Part shown: one piece after another, positions 28,381 through 38,504 of the stretch
Position numbering within the stretch: position 1 is the first letter of the stretch
How the letters are laid out: each line of letters begins with the position of its first letter
Assembly (NCBI GenBank): GCA_963790025.1
Contig: CAWBMP010000002.1
Span: forward strand, 576,001 to 640,000
Length of the DNA: 64,000 bases
Source: Nitrospirota bacterium
GTDB lineage: Bacteria; Nitrospirota; Thermodesulfovibrionia; Thermodesulfovibrionales; Dissulfurispiraceae
Direction of reading: 5' to 3'
Made by a program: the position numbers and the translations under genes
Notes under the pieces: model-generated
Databases searched by the model: none
What the model was told of the DNA's origin: nothing
The model's input: only the letters and a program-made list of their open reading frames with translations

Positions 28381-29270
28381 TCCGAACCGCCATTATGCAT
28401 CTTGTCGAATATCTCCTGCATGCAAAGAAGCAGACCCTGTCCCATGTCGGTATAGTAATGCCTTACATACTTTTTCCCTATCTTGGGCATGAAACTGTAT
28501 GGAGTAATTGTATAGTGAGATATGGGATCGTCCGATTCAGGCTTTATATATTCTATTTTTATGTCTTTTTTCAGGATTTCCCTGATCATAATAAATAGCT
28601 CGTTGACCTTCATCGGATAATGCCCGGTGAATATGACATGCTCATTTCTGAAATCGTCATCAAGTATTTCCACACTTGCCTGGGCAGCATCAAGAACGCT
28701 TATGTATTCTCTTATTTCAGTGCCATCACCATAATATGTTATCACCCCTTCGGTCATCGCCTGCGTTATGTACCGGTATACACTGTTGCGCAAATTCGCC
28801 CTGTTCCCATATACCGTTCCGTAACGCAGTATCGTATATTCCAATCCGAATTGTTTTTGGTATGTCTCGATGTAAAGCTCGCTCGCATATTTGCTGCACC
28901 TGTAAAAAGACCCTGAGTCGCTGTATACATATACGGTGCTGGCATAAACAAATCGCTTGACCTTTTCCCTGACCGCCGCTTCAAGCAGTATGGTATTGCC
29001 GAGGATATTGGTCCGCACCGTCATCATCGGTTTTTTTGAGGCTTCATCGATATCGGCAATACCGGCAAAATTATATATTATATCAACTCCACTGACAGCA
29101 TCCCTCACACGCTCCTCATCAAGAATGTCACCCACAATCATCTCTTGGCCCGGTTTGAGATAGGGAGATTCCGTCAAATCGTAGATGATTACCTTGTGCC
29201 CGGCCGCGGTGAGGGAGTCCGCAACATGGCTTCCCAGGAATCCAGAACCACCAAAAACCGCTACTTTCAT
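28377..29270 (-). CDS. NAD-dependent epimerase/dehydratase (SDR)
   Basis: GGSGFLG, ASTVYVY, FYRCSK. Confidence 0.87.
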   Translation of the reverse strand: MKVAVFGGSGFLGSHVADSLTAAGHKVIIYDLTESPYLKPGQEMIVGDILDEERVRDAVSGVDIIYNFAGIADIDEASKKPMMTVRTNILGNTILLEAAVREKVKRFVYASTVYVYSDSGSFYRCSKYASELYIETYQKQFGLEYTILRYGTVYGNRANLRNSVYRYITQAMTEGVITYYGDGTEIREYISVLDAAQASVEILDDDFRNEHVIFTGHYPMKVNELFIMIREILKKDIKIEYIKPESDDPISHYTITPYSFMPKIGKKYVRHYYTDMGQGLLLCMQEIFDKMHNGGSE

Positions 29271-29285
29271 ATTCTTCCCTCCCTC

Positions 29286-30776
29286 TTATGAATAACTTTC
29301 ATAATATATTTCTTTGAGTTCTTCAAACATTCTGTTGCCGGCATCATTGAATTTTTCGGCGAGTTTTATTTTATCAAACATGTTTTCCGGCATTTTTGCG
29401 TAGAGAGGAAATGTCCGCTGAAGCCCTTTAAGTTCCTCATACGTAATCGTGTCCATCTTTAGCGGGGCCCCGTCAAGAAGCTGATGGACTTTATCGTTTC
29501 TATCCAGATAACCCTTTTCTATGCAATACTGATAAAGCCTTGTTCCGCGATAGGGAGTAAAGAAGTATACATTCATGGTTGCGGGATTTATCTTCCTGTT
29601 CACACTGATAGTATCAAAGATCAGCTCTCTTGTTTCATCAGGAAATCCGATGATGTTGTTGACCGTGTATGCTATCCCGAATTTTTCGACAATTTTGAAA
29701 GCGTCCATCATCTGTTTATTCGTATACTGCCTATTCAGGATCCTGGCCCTGAACTCTTCGTTGCCGTGCTCTATCCCGAACTGCATATTCTGGCAGTTCA
29801 TGTCCTTCAGTATTCTTATTTTCTCCTCGGTCACAGTTTCGGGCCGCGACTGGCACCAAAAAGGCAGTCCGATCTGGGCATACCTCTCGGCAAATTCCAC
29901 GAGTTCGGAAACCGGCTTCGCCAGAAACGATTCCGCATTAAAATTTATGTAATCGGGCGAATATTTCCCGACAAGATGCTTTATTTCTTCAATCGCACGA
30001 TCAATCTTTTTTCTCCGGTAATACGTCCCACAACCCTGCGCCTGGAACAATCTCCTCAAATGGGGGGCCTCGCAATAAGTGCAGTCATAAGGGCATCCCC
30101 TGTCCAGCTCGACATGTATCATAGTATAGATTTTCCCCTGCATTGGCCTGTAAAGTCTCTTTTTTTCAAATATATCGTAGTCTATAAAGGGCAGCTTGTT
30201 GATATCTGTCAGTTTTCGCATCGGGTTTCTTGTTACCTGCCCGTTCTTCTTAATCCAGAGGTTCTTGACAGAGGAGTAATCTTCTTTTCCACGCATTCTC
30301 TCACACAGCTCCACAAGCGCTTCTTCACCCTCTCCAATACAAATCATGTCTATATTTTCATCGTTTATGACATCCTCAGGTGAAAACGTCACAAATACCC
30401 CTCCTGCAATTACCGGCGCTTCGTAATAGCTTATAGCATCTAAAAGGCGTTTCCCAAGCTCATATGTGTCCTCGACAAGTGTTATCCCGATAAGGTCCGG
30501 CTTATACTCGTTGACCTTCCTGACAAGGTCCTCGCACATGTCGCCTTCCTTATAATGGACCCCCTTTTCTTCATAACTGAACGGTTTCAACTGCAGCAGC
30601 TCAACTTTCTTCTGCTCGAAATTTATGTCTTCCCACTTGTAATATGTTGTGTCGAACAGCTCCACTTCAAATCCGGCCTGCTTCAGACACGGGGCGAGCA
30701 ACGACAGGTTGATCGGCACTAACGTGGCCATTTCCGTATTCGGATAAATGAACAGCACTCTAAAATTTCTTGACAC
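29286..30776 (-). CDS. Cobalamin-binding radical SAM enzyme (class B methyltransferase-like)
   Basis: PDLIGIT, AGGVF, DMICIGEGE, RGCPYDCTYC, GIEHG, IIGFPDET. Confidence 0.9.
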   Translation of the reverse strand: MSRNFRVLFIYPNTEMATLVPINLSLLAPCLKQAGFEVELFDTTYYKWEDINFEQKKVELLQLKPFSYEEKGVHYKEGDMCEDLVRKVNEYKPDLIGITLVEDTYELGKRLLDAISYYEAPVIAGGVFVTFSPEDVINDENIDMICIGEGEEALVELCERMRGKEDYSSVKNLWIKKNGQVTRNPMRKLTDINKLPFIDYDIFEKKRLYRPMQGKIYTMIHVELDRGCPYDCTYCEAPHLRRLFQAQGCGTYYRRKKIDRAIEEIKHLVGKYSPDYINFNAESFLAKPVSELVEFAERYAQIGLPFWCQSRPETVTEEKIRILKDMNCQNMQFGIEHGNEEFRARILNRQYTNKQMMDAFKIVEKFGIAYTVNNIIGFPDETRELIFDTISVNRKINPATMNVYFFTPYRGTRLYQYCIEKGYLDRNDKVHQLLDGAPLKMDTITYEELKGLQRTFPLYAKMPENMFDKIKLAEKFNDAGNRMFEELKEIYYESYS

Positions 30777-30811
30777 GCATCTCCCTCATAAAATTCACCT
30801 TTGAATAATTG

Positions 30812-31681
30812 TTAGTCTTCCCAATCCTGATAACAATCGGATAATGCAGTATCCTGTTCCAGTATTGCACCCCAGAAACCCTCGTAGTCGATTGCCCTCC
30901 AGAACCGTGAAAGCACCTGGCTTGCGAAAGGCAATCTCTTTGGATACTGATAATAGGTATCGCTGTATATGACCTTCCAGCCCGCGTGACGCATCAGCAG
31001 CGTCCAGTCTTCCGGGTTCAATTCAAATATGTGCTCTTCTTCGGCGAAAATAGGCTTGATAGACCCGGTTCTCAAATGGTGCAGCCCCACACGGCTCTCT
31101 TTCAGATACGGAACAGTCACCACCACCCTCTTGCAAGGCGTCCTCTTGGCCAGCCTCCGGAAAAAAATTGCGGGATTGTGAAGGTGTTCGACCATCTGGA
31201 ATGAAGTAAACAGGTCAACTCTCCTGTCGCCAAGGTCGAGATCCTCGGCACGGCAGAGAACGGCGTTGAGCCCCCGCGTCCTGATTCTTTCTATTGCCTT
31301 CGGATCCAGATTAACGCTGATCGTTTCCACGTCGTACTTCCCTTCCGTAAGCTCTTTCAGGTACAGCATATGCGTGCCCGCCGAATCCCCGATATCTACG
31401 ACCACCAGCGGTCCGGGATCAATGGCCTCGATCGCTTTGAGCATCATCCGGCACTGAAAAGCCTGCAGCCCCCTGCGCTTGACTTCCCAATATTCATTGA
31501 ATACATCTTTCCCGCTTGTTTCCTGATTGGAAATGTCAGGTACTGTCTGCCTGAGCCGCTCCACCAGTTCTTTATTACTCCGCGACAGGGAAACCAGAAC
31601 TGACCACCTGCAGACTGATTCAACCGCCTGCCTCGCGTCAATGCCGAAAAGCGCTAAACATGTCTTGACTAATCCACGCAA
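30812..31681 (-). CDS. Class I SAM-dependent methyltransferase-like protein
   Basis: VVDIGDSAG, SFQMVEHLHNP, VVTVP. Confidence 0.75.
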   Translation of the reverse strand: MRGLVKTCLALFGIDARQAVESVCRWSVLVSLSRSNKELVERLRQTVPDISNQETSGKDVFNEYWEVKRRGLQAFQCRMMLKAIEAIDPGPLVVVDIGDSAGTHMLYLKELTEGKYDVETISVNLDPKAIERIRTRGLNAVLCRAEDLDLGDRRVDLFTSFQMVEHLHNPAIFFRRLAKRTPCKRVVVTVPYLKESRVGLHHLRTGSIKPIFAEEEHIFELNPEDWTLLMRHAGWKVIYSDTYYQYPKRLPFASQVLSRFWRAIDYEGFWGAILEQDTALSDCYQDWED

Positions 31682-32745
31682 GAACGTCGGCTCCCCTTAA
31701 TACTGGCGACGACCTTTTGCATCTCCCCTGTATTGCCGACGGAAATCCTGGTGTAGCCCTCGAAGCCTTTGACAGCGAGGCTACCTCTTACCAGGATGCC
31801 GTCTCTCCCGAATCCGTCCAGGATTTCATTCTTCCGGGGGCCGAAGTCGACATGTATGAAATTCGCATAAGTGTCTATGGTTCCGAATGAGAGGGCACTG
31901 AACTCATTAATGAGATATCTCTTGCCTTCGGCGGTAGCCCTGATATAGTCGGTCACTATTCCCCAGTTATCCAGAAGCTCCGAAGCAAACAAAACAGCAA
32001 TGGAATTCACTTCATACATCGGCCGGAACCTGTACAAAAGGCCTGCCAGGGCCGGGCAAGCTGCCAGATAACCTATCCTAAGTCCTGCCAATCCGGCTGT
32101 CTTTGAAAATGTGCGCGTTATGATCAGGTTCTCATAAGTCGCCAGCAGGTCCATGGCAGTATAAGGACAAAAACCGTAATATGCCTCATCTATCAGAACA
32201 GGTATGGCGAAAGAAGCTGCCTTGTCCAGTACCGCTTTCATCGCGTCGTTATTTATGTACGTCCCCGTTGGACTGTCGGGATTGGCTATTATTACGAGAG
32301 CAACCTCTCCGGTGATCGAATCCATCAATTTGCCCATGTCCAGATTGAGGGTGTAGTCATAGCCGATTCTTATTTTTTCCACATTATAAAGACCCGCATA
32401 TACGTCCACCATGGCAAAGGTCGGTTCCGCATATATGACCTTGTCCCCGGGATTCGTAAAAAGTTCAAAGGCCATCTTTATCGCAAAATCGGAACCCGCC
32501 GTAACGACCAGGCTATCCTTATCCAAACCCAGGAAAGACGCAAGCTTGAGATAGAGAGGTTCCACCTCGGGATACGCAAGCACGTGCTCCTGACTGAGCT
32601 TCTTCAACGTATTATCCCAGAATGCCTCGCTGAATCCTGCCAGTCTTTCATTCTTGTCGAGCCGCACCTTGTCATGCCGGGTCTCCATTGTCCCACGCAC
32701 CCTCGACACTGCGTCCACCCATTTTTTGTAGTCGATTGCGTTCAC
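31669..32745 (-). CDS. PLP-dependent aminotransferase class I/II (HisC-like)
   Basis: RLDKNE, NPDSPTG, IDEAY, RTFSKTAGLAGLRIGY. GTG 32745 overlaps the upstream TGA. Confidence 0.88.
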   Translation of the reverse strand: MNAIDYKKWVDAVSRVRGTMETRHDKVRLDKNERLAGFSEAFWDNTLKKLSQEHVLAYPEVEPLYLKLASFLGLDKDSLVVTAGSDFAIKMAFELFTNPGDKVIYAEPTFAMVDVYAGLYNVEKIRIGYDYTLNLDMGKLMDSITGEVALVIIANPDSPTGTYINNDAMKAVLDKAASFAIPVLIDEAYYGFCPYTAMDLLATYENLIITRTFSKTAGLAGLRIGYLAACPALAGLLYRFRPMYEVNSIAVLFASELLDNWGIVTDYIRATAEGKRYLINEFSALSFGTIDTYANFIHVDFGPRKNEILDGFGRDGILVRGSLAVKGFEGYTRISVGNTGEMQKVVASIKGSRRSCVD

Positions 32746-33752
32746 TCCCCGGCACCGCCGGACAGTTTCTCCACTTCCATTTCCCTGTATGAGCATTGCC
32801 TGCATGCCTGTATCTCATGAGACTTCCCGCCCTCGTGCAGCTTCCTCCGAAAATTCGCCTCAGCGCCCTTCCAGATGTCCTTTATCGAGCATTCCCCCGC
32901 ATTACCAATTATCATGGATGCGAAGTCATCGATGCCGTGCATAAGGCACGGCAATATGGTGCCATCCCGGAGGATTGTCATCCGCTGCCAGAGGAAGGGG
33001 CATGCCCAGGCCGCTTCCTTGCCCGCAAAGCCGCAGCCCGCGCCCTCCTGCCTTGCGTCGAGGTACGACACCTCATCGGCATATTTTTTCCAGAAATTCA
33101 CATATTCCTTAAAACAGCCTTTCAGCTCTTCGAGCAAAACTGTTTGAATCCTGATTTGCGGAAAAGCGACTCCCCGGCTCTCCCTCATATGCCTGAGCCT
33201 GCCGACATTCTCGATGAGCCGCTCAAATTTCGCTCCCACCCTGAATTTCTCATAGACCTCTTTCCGGAACCCTTCTATGGAAATCGAGATCCTGTCCAGT
33301 CCGGCATCGATCAGCTTACCGAAAAGCTCCTCATTCAGAAGCACCGCATTAGTGTTGAAATAAACATCTATGATTCCTTTTCTCTTGGCGTAAGCGACCA
33401 TCCTGACCAGGTCGGGATGAAGGAGCGGTTCACCTCTCAAGCTGAGCTTGATCGCGTATAAATCATTGTCGGCGCCCTCGTCTATTATCTTCCTGAATAG
33501 ATCAAAGTCCATGAAGCCTCTCTTGTCCCTGCCCCACCTGTTATGCGTGGTAGCGCAGAAAGGACACCTGAGATTGCAGACCGAGGAGCTTTCTATATCG
33601 AGATGCAATGGGAATTCGCCGGCAATAAAACGCTCGGGGTTTTCGTTCCAGAGCGCCCTGTATTTCAGGAACCGCGTATCCGTCTTCTTGTCGAACACGG
33701 TCTCTTTCGTCGCAGTGTGAAAATTATTGTTCGCTTTGATAGTGACAGTCAT
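32742..33752 (-). CDS. Radical SAM enzyme with SPASM/twitch domain
   Basis: CNLRCPFC, RGEPLLH, CPFLWQRMTILRDGTILPC...CRQC. Start moved to ATG 33752. Confidence 0.9.
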   Translation of the reverse strand: MTVTIKANNNFHTATKETVFDKKTDTRFLKYRALWNENPERFIAGEFPLHLDIESSSVCNLRCPFCATTHNRWGRDKRGFMDFDLFRKIIDEGADNDLYAIKLSLRGEPLLHPDLVRMVAYAKRKGIIDVYFNTNAVLLNEELFGKLIDAGLDRISISIEGFRKEVYEKFRVGAKFERLIENVGRLRHMRESRGVAFPQIRIQTVLLEELKGCFKEYVNFWKKYADEVSYLDARQEGAGCGFAGKEAAWACPFLWQRMTILRDGTILPCLMHGIDDFASMIIGNAGECSIKDIWKGAEANFRRKLHEGGKSHEIQACRQCSYREMEVEKLSGGAGE

Positions 33753-33774
33753 CGGGCAATTTCCTGTAACGCAA

Positions 33775-34515
33775 TTACAATTCCAGATTCTTTCTGAGCC
33801 AGAATTCGACACCCGGAATCTGCCATTCATAATCCACGTCGCATCCCCCCCACTGCTTCAAAGGATAGATGTTTCTGCCCATCCATTTCTGGGGAAGAAG
33901 CCCCTCTTCGAGGTGCGTGAGGCAGCGGGGCCGCACAATGGAGACCCCCATATCGGCAAACCAGACGTCGCCCTGAGAATCGCGGTCGCAATTCATCTTT
34001 CCGGGATCACCGAACGTCTCAAAGGGCACAAACGGATGAAGGAGTCCGTCCTCCCCGATCTTTCGGGCCCTGAGAGGGCTCCACATATTGTATCTGGAGA
34101 CCGTAACGGCGGAATCATAAACCGGATGTTTCCGTAGGACTCTTATGCCTTCGGAAATGGTTTCGGATGTTACAGTGGGAGCATTGCACATCAAAAGCAC
34201 GATAAGCTCGATTTCCTCTCCCTTTTCAGAAGAAAGCCTGTTCCTCGCCGTATCGTAAGCGTGGACATAAACGTGTTCGCCGAGCGCCCCGTCAGTGCAC
34301 AGTTCCGGGGGCCGCACAATGACCTCTACCTTGTGCCGCTGCGCGAGTTCCATAAGTCTCTCGTCATCGGTCGATATGTAGGTCCTGTCTATCTCAGGAC
34401 AATCGATGGCCGCCTTCATAGGATAATACGCAAGCGGCTGTCCTGCTACAAGATGCAGGTTTTTTCCGGGAAAACCTTTACTCCCCTTCCTGCCCATCAG
34501 GATCGCAACTATCAC
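33775..34515 (-). CDS. NeuA/KdsB-family cytidylyltransferase
   Basis: GRKGSKGFPGKN, ISTDD, RPPELCTD, C-terminal DVDYEW. Confidence 0.87.
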   Translation of the reverse strand: MIVAILMGRKGSKGFPGKNLHLVAGQPLAYYPMKAAIDCPEIDRTYISTDDERLMELAQRHKVEVIVRPPELCTDGALGEHVYVHAYDTARNRLSSEKGEEIELIVLLMCNAPTVTSETISEGIRVLRKHPVYDSAVTVSRYNMWSPLRARKIGEDGLLHPFVPFETFGDPGKMNCDRDSQGDVWFADMGVSIVRPRCLTHLEEGLLPQKWMGRNIYPLKQWGGCDVDYEWQIPGVEFWLRKNLEL

Positions 34516-34554
34516 ATGACCTCCAGTATAGAAAAACGTACGCTCATTATTGCC

Positions 34555-35187
34555 TTACAATCCGCTGACCTTAAATCTCCACAGCGATAATTGCCTCATG
34601 GCATCCCTGAAGATACATTCCATGCCGAAATCGATCAGCACGTTCCTTTTAATGTCATAAGCGTCCGCGACAATACAATTTCGCTTTATAACATCCAAAT
34701 TATTTTTAAGAAACAGTTCCAGTACGACTGAGTCGAATGGATTAAACATGAATACGAATGTTTTAACATCGGCCAGCTTATAGTCCGCAGCATCATGGAG
34801 CAAAAATTTAATTCGCCCTTTCCCTCTGCCCCTGTAAGATTTCAGATTCTCCCTCGCAGAATCTATTAAATGCTCATCAAAGTCAAACCCTACGACTTCA
34901 TTGAAATATAAGGTATTGGCTGCATAAAAGCAGGCCTTCCCCTTTCCGCAGCCGATGTCGAGGAACATGCAGTTTTCAAAGCCTGATCTTCTGCCCGCAT
35001 TTATTATGGTCATTAAACTGCTTGACCACACCCTCTGATAAGCGCTGGCATTGTCCCGATATGAAGAAGTCGTTCTCAGGAACTCCTTGCTGATGAAGCC
35101 CTGCGTATTGATTCCGTACCGATAGTCAGACAGCCTGTCTTCGACCCCTGCCGCGAGCTGCCTGATCTTCTTGGCTATATTATTCAT
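34555..35187 (-). CDS. Class I SAM-dependent methyltransferase
   Basis: FLDIGCGKGK, GFDFD, FMFNPF. Confidence 0.82.
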   Translation of the reverse strand: MNNIAKKIRQLAAGVEDRLSDYRYGINTQGFISKEFLRTTSSYRDNASAYQRVWSSSLMTIINAGRRSGFENCMFLDIGCGKGKACFYAANTLYFNEVVGFDFDEHLIDSARENLKSYRGRGKGRIKFLLHDAADYKLADVKTFVFMFNPFDSVVLELFLKNNLDVIKRNCIVADAYDIKRNVLIDFGMECIFRDAMRQLSLWRFKVSGL

Positions 35188-35202
35188 CGTATATCTCTGC
35201 GC

Positions 35203-36366
35203 TTACAGGAAGAGTTCTTTGTTTTGTTTGAGGAATTCTTTTCCAATCCTGGCCGGAGAATGGTAGGGGGCATGATACACCTTGAAGATACTTCTGAACT
35301 TCTGCTGCAGGTAATTATCTTCTTCGGTATATCGATATCTGCCGTCAAGGACATCATCCATTTCTTTAACCAATTCGCTAATCTCTTCCGGTGTGTTTTT
35401 TATACACTCGAGTCCTTCCTTATCGAGTCTCTCCTGCGGCCAGCAGTCGACCCCGATATCGTTGTCAGCTATTTCTCTGAATGTCAGAATCCTTTTTCTT
35501 GCCTTGTCCCATAAATTATGCGGCAAATAAATATCATTGGCTCCGAAAGGCACGTTCAACAGGAAGAGAGAATGATTGACAGTGGCGGATGGTTTGTTGA
35601 ACAGATAGGATGTGAGGAAAAACCCGGAATCGGTGCCAATGAAAAATTTGCAATTCGCCATAAGCCAGATATCCATAAAATCCGTTCTGTGTTCGCCCGC
35701 ATAATCGACAATATGCCCGCCGCAAATCTCTTTGCTCACCGCATTCTGCCTTGATCCCATCCTCAAAGAGAAGACATCGGACTTTCCCAGATAACCGCAT
35801 GCCGACAAAAAACTTTCGAAAGGCACATTTCTCAGGGAGTCGTTCAACCCGGGATAAAACGCACTATCCCTGGCATGTAGGCAAACGAAATCGCCCGAGA
35901 CCCTCATTTTTTGCAGTTGGTCCATTCCCAACTTATGCTCATCTGCTGAGAAGTTGAGGAGAGTGTCAGTTCCATTCATTTCTTCAAAATCGAAATAATT
36001 TCCGGGCGCTTCTGCATATTCGTAATTCCTGTTTATCACGTAATCCAGATATCTCCTGCTGCCGCATATTTGTCTGTCAGTCGTCATATTATAGGGATTG
36101 ACCCTCAGCCGGTTTCGCATTTTTATTCTGTTGTAATATACGGAAACGAGTTTATTATGAAAGACCTCTGTCCATTCTATTTTCATCTCGTCAAATTTCC
36201 GCTTAATCAATTTACCTAAAGTCTCATTCGACCATTTGAACGAAATAACTGCAACAGGTTCGACGCCATTGGACCTCAAATATGGAACATAAAACAAAAG
36301 AACTTTTACACAATACGATTCAAGGCCTATTGCCCCTGTCTCCAATTTAAAATATACTTTCCGCAC
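35203..36366 (-). CDS. Putative glycosyltransferase (TIGR04372-like, recalled from motifs)
   Basis: VCLHARDSAF, RN, LRMG, DYA, MDIWLMANCKFFIGTDSG, NTPEEI. Confidence 0.7.
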   Translation of the reverse strand: MRKVYFKLETGAIGLESYCVKVLLFYVPYLRSNGVEPVAVISFKWSNETLGKLIKRKFDEMKIEWTEVFHNKLVSVYYNRIKMRNRLRVNPYNMTTDRQICGSRRYLDYVINRNYEYAEAPGNYFDFEEMNGTDTLLNFSADEHKLGMDQLQKMRVSGDFVCLHARDSAFYPGLNDSLRNVPFESFLSACGYLGKSDVFSLRMGSRQNAVSKEICGGHIVDYAGEHRTDFMDIWLMANCKFFIGTDSGFFLTSYLFNKPSATVNHSLFLLNVPFGANDIYLPHNLWDKARKRILTFREIADNDIGVDCWPQERLDKEGLECIKNTPEEISELVKEMDDVLDGRYRYTEEDNYLQQKFRSIFKVYHAPYHSPARIGKEFLKQNKELFL

Positions 36367-36387
36367 CCTGATCCTTATCGCGCAACT

Positions 36388-37365
36388 TTAACATGTGGCG
36401 GCATCCGGGAGAATCTCATATTCTCCTGACAACGTATATTCCGATCCTCCAACCCCTCTTTTGAAATGCGTTATCGTAGGATATTTGTCCTGATCTATTC
36501 CGCCCAAATCCAGGCACCTGAATCCACACGATTTAAAATGCAGGATTCCATGCCAGATCAGGAAATTGTGCGCATACAACTTCATACCGCTTATGCTGTT
36601 CCAGCCTATAAGATAATGGCACTTATCGAAAAAGCCGACGATAAGCACCGCCGCAATCCTCACGCCATCCTTGACCGCAAACAGGACCTTCATATGTGAA
36701 GGGTCCGTACAGGCCCCCTTAATTTGACGGATAAACGATTCGGAAAGCCCGGAGAACTGCTTTCTTTCTTGCATCAGCTCATACTGGTCGATGAAAAAAG
36801 ACAACCCATCTTCATCGCCTGAGATTTCAAGTGTCAGTCCCATACGTTCGGACCTGTTTAACTGATTGCGCCACTTCTGTAATAAATTTTTCCTCAACGT
36901 TTCCTTGTCCAGAATAAGATGGACGTTTATCGAGGTCCGCGGGGCCATGCCGGACGGTCTTAAACCAATTGCCGCCATTTTATTTGTCACGCTGTCATGT
37001 GCAAAAATATTCGGCGCTATCACCAAAGACATCTTCTTTTGTCCGACCCAATAATCTTTGATAATGGCTATGCTCTGGAAAGCGATTGTATCGTCCGTCT
37101 CCCAATCCTCGGATAAGACAACAGGCCCCCTGTTGATCCTTCCCACGTCACCTGATTCCAGCATCTTTTCAACAAGTATCTGAGAAACAGCGACAGGGCG
37201 TCCTCCCTGGAATATCCCTAATCTTACGATATTCAAATCTTCGGAACGTGCCTTGGCCTCGCCATATTCCCACGTCTGTGTGAGATTAACCATAATGCTT
37301 CTGGAAAGGAGCGAATCATACAACTCTTTGCTTTCTATCACTTCGATGTGAAGGTCTGTGGTCAT
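36388..37365 (-). CDS. FemAB/FemX-like GNAT (putative aminoacyl transferase)
   Basis: QTWEYG, RGPV, KWRNQL, LIWHGI, DLGGID, HFKRGVGG. Confidence 0.78.
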   Translation of the reverse strand: MTTDLHIEVIESKELYDSLLSRSIMVNLTQTWEYGEAKARSEDLNIVRLGIFQGGRPVAVSQILVEKMLESGDVGRINRGPVVLSEDWETDDTIAFQSIAIIKDYWVGQKKMSLVIAPNIFAHDSVTNKMAAIGLRPSGMAPRTSINVHLILDKETLRKNLLQKWRNQLNRSERMGLTLEISGDEDGLSFFIDQYELMQERKQFSGLSESFIRQIKGACTDPSHMKVLFAVKDGVRIAAVLIVGFFDKCHYLIGWNSISGMKLYAHNFLIWHGILHFKSCGFRCLDLGGIDQDKYPTITHFKRGVGGSEYTLSGEYEILPDAATC

Positions 37366-38504
37366 CTTTTTGCGAAATTTCTCAGTACCTCAATCACCCT
37401 GTCGATGTTTTCCAAAGGCTGTTCGGGGCCGCAGGGCAATGTCATGCCATGCCTTTTGAATATTTCAGAGTTGGGAAAACGACCGTCACTTTCTATGTAC
37501 GGCGCGTCGTGCACATTGGGGAGAAAGGGACGTGTTTCGATGCCGTTAGACGCAAGATGCTCCATCAATCGGTCCCGCTTATCGCTCATGCCTTCCGCAT
37601 AAATAGGCAATTCGCCTTTATCGATTCTTACGGGGAGCATCCTGAAAAACGGCAGATCTTTGACCGCCTCCTCATATTTTTTGTAAATGACACGGAGATG
37701 AGCAGTTCTGGCTGGGACTCTCCTGAGCTGCTCCAGACCTATGGCAGCCATCATGTCAGTGCTCCTGAAATTGCATCCCAACCTGAAAAAGGTGGGCTTA
37801 AAATTGTTAACAAGACCATGGTTGCGAATAAGGACCAGACTGTCGTATATTTTTTTATCTCTGGTAACCAGGAATCCGCCTTGCCCTACAGTGATCAGCT
37901 TCGCAACACCCAGCGAGAAGCATCCAATGTCGGATTGAGTACCCAGAAATCCCGATGAGTTCGCTGAAAACATAGCCTGGGCAGCGTCTTCGATCACTTT
38001 CAAGCCATATTCTCCGGCTATCTTATTTATTTCATCCATATTGCAGCAGTGCCCATTCAGATGGACCGGCATAATGGCCCTGGTCCGCGAAGTTATCTTC
38101 TTTCGTATTTTCTCGACATTCATGACAGGAACATCCGCGTCGACATCGACAAGCACAACTTTTGCTCCAACCATAAGCGGCGCATGAGCAGTTGCAATCC
38201 ATGTCCTGTCAGGCACCAGCACTTCGTCGTCCCTTCCTATGTCAAGGGCCATGACAGCCAGAAGCAAAGCAATACTGCCGCTCGTAGTCATCACGGCGAA
38301 GGAGACGCCCAGTGCCTCTGCCAATTTTTTCTCGAATGACTCAACAACTGGTCCCTGGCTCAAATGCTCGTGAGCAATGGTATCGAGCAAGCTGTCGGTT
38401 TCCTCTTTGCCGACCGAGGTTCTCCACCACAACACCTTTTGCATATCGGACATCCTCTGTTTTTTCGGAGGATTGAGGGGTTTCCCGTCTTTAAGATCTT
38501 CCAT
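37362..38504 (-). CDS. DegT/DnrJ/EryC1 NDP-sugar aminotransferase
   Basis: PVHLNG, IEDAAQA, FSLGVAKLITVGQGG. Confidence 0.92.
   Translation of the reverse strand: MEDLKDGKPLNPPKKQRMSDMQKVLWWRTSVGKEETDSLLDTIAHEHLSQGPVVESFEKKLAEALGVSFAVMTTSGSIALLLAVMALDIGRDDEVLVPDRTWIATAHAPLMVGAKVVLVDVDADVPVMNVEKIRKKITSRTRAIMPVHLNGHCCNMDEINKIAGEYGLKVIEDAAQAMFSANSSGFLGTQSDIGCFSLGVAKLITVGQGGFLVTRDKKIYDSLVLIRNHGLVNNFKPTFFRLGCNFRSTDMMAAIGLEQLRRVPARTAHLRVIYKKYEEAVKDLPFFRMLPVRIDKGELPIYAEGMSDKRDRLMEHLASNGIETRPFLPNVHDAPYIESDGRFPNSEIFKRHGMTLPCGPEQPLENIDRVIEVLRNFAKR

Noticed and set aside
26796..34515. Phosphonate pathway (cytidylyltransferase, B12 radical SAM, aminotransferase, dehydrogenase)
   Set aside because: No PEP mutase (EDKxxxxxNS motif) or phosphonopyruvate decarboxylase in the window; they could lie outside it.
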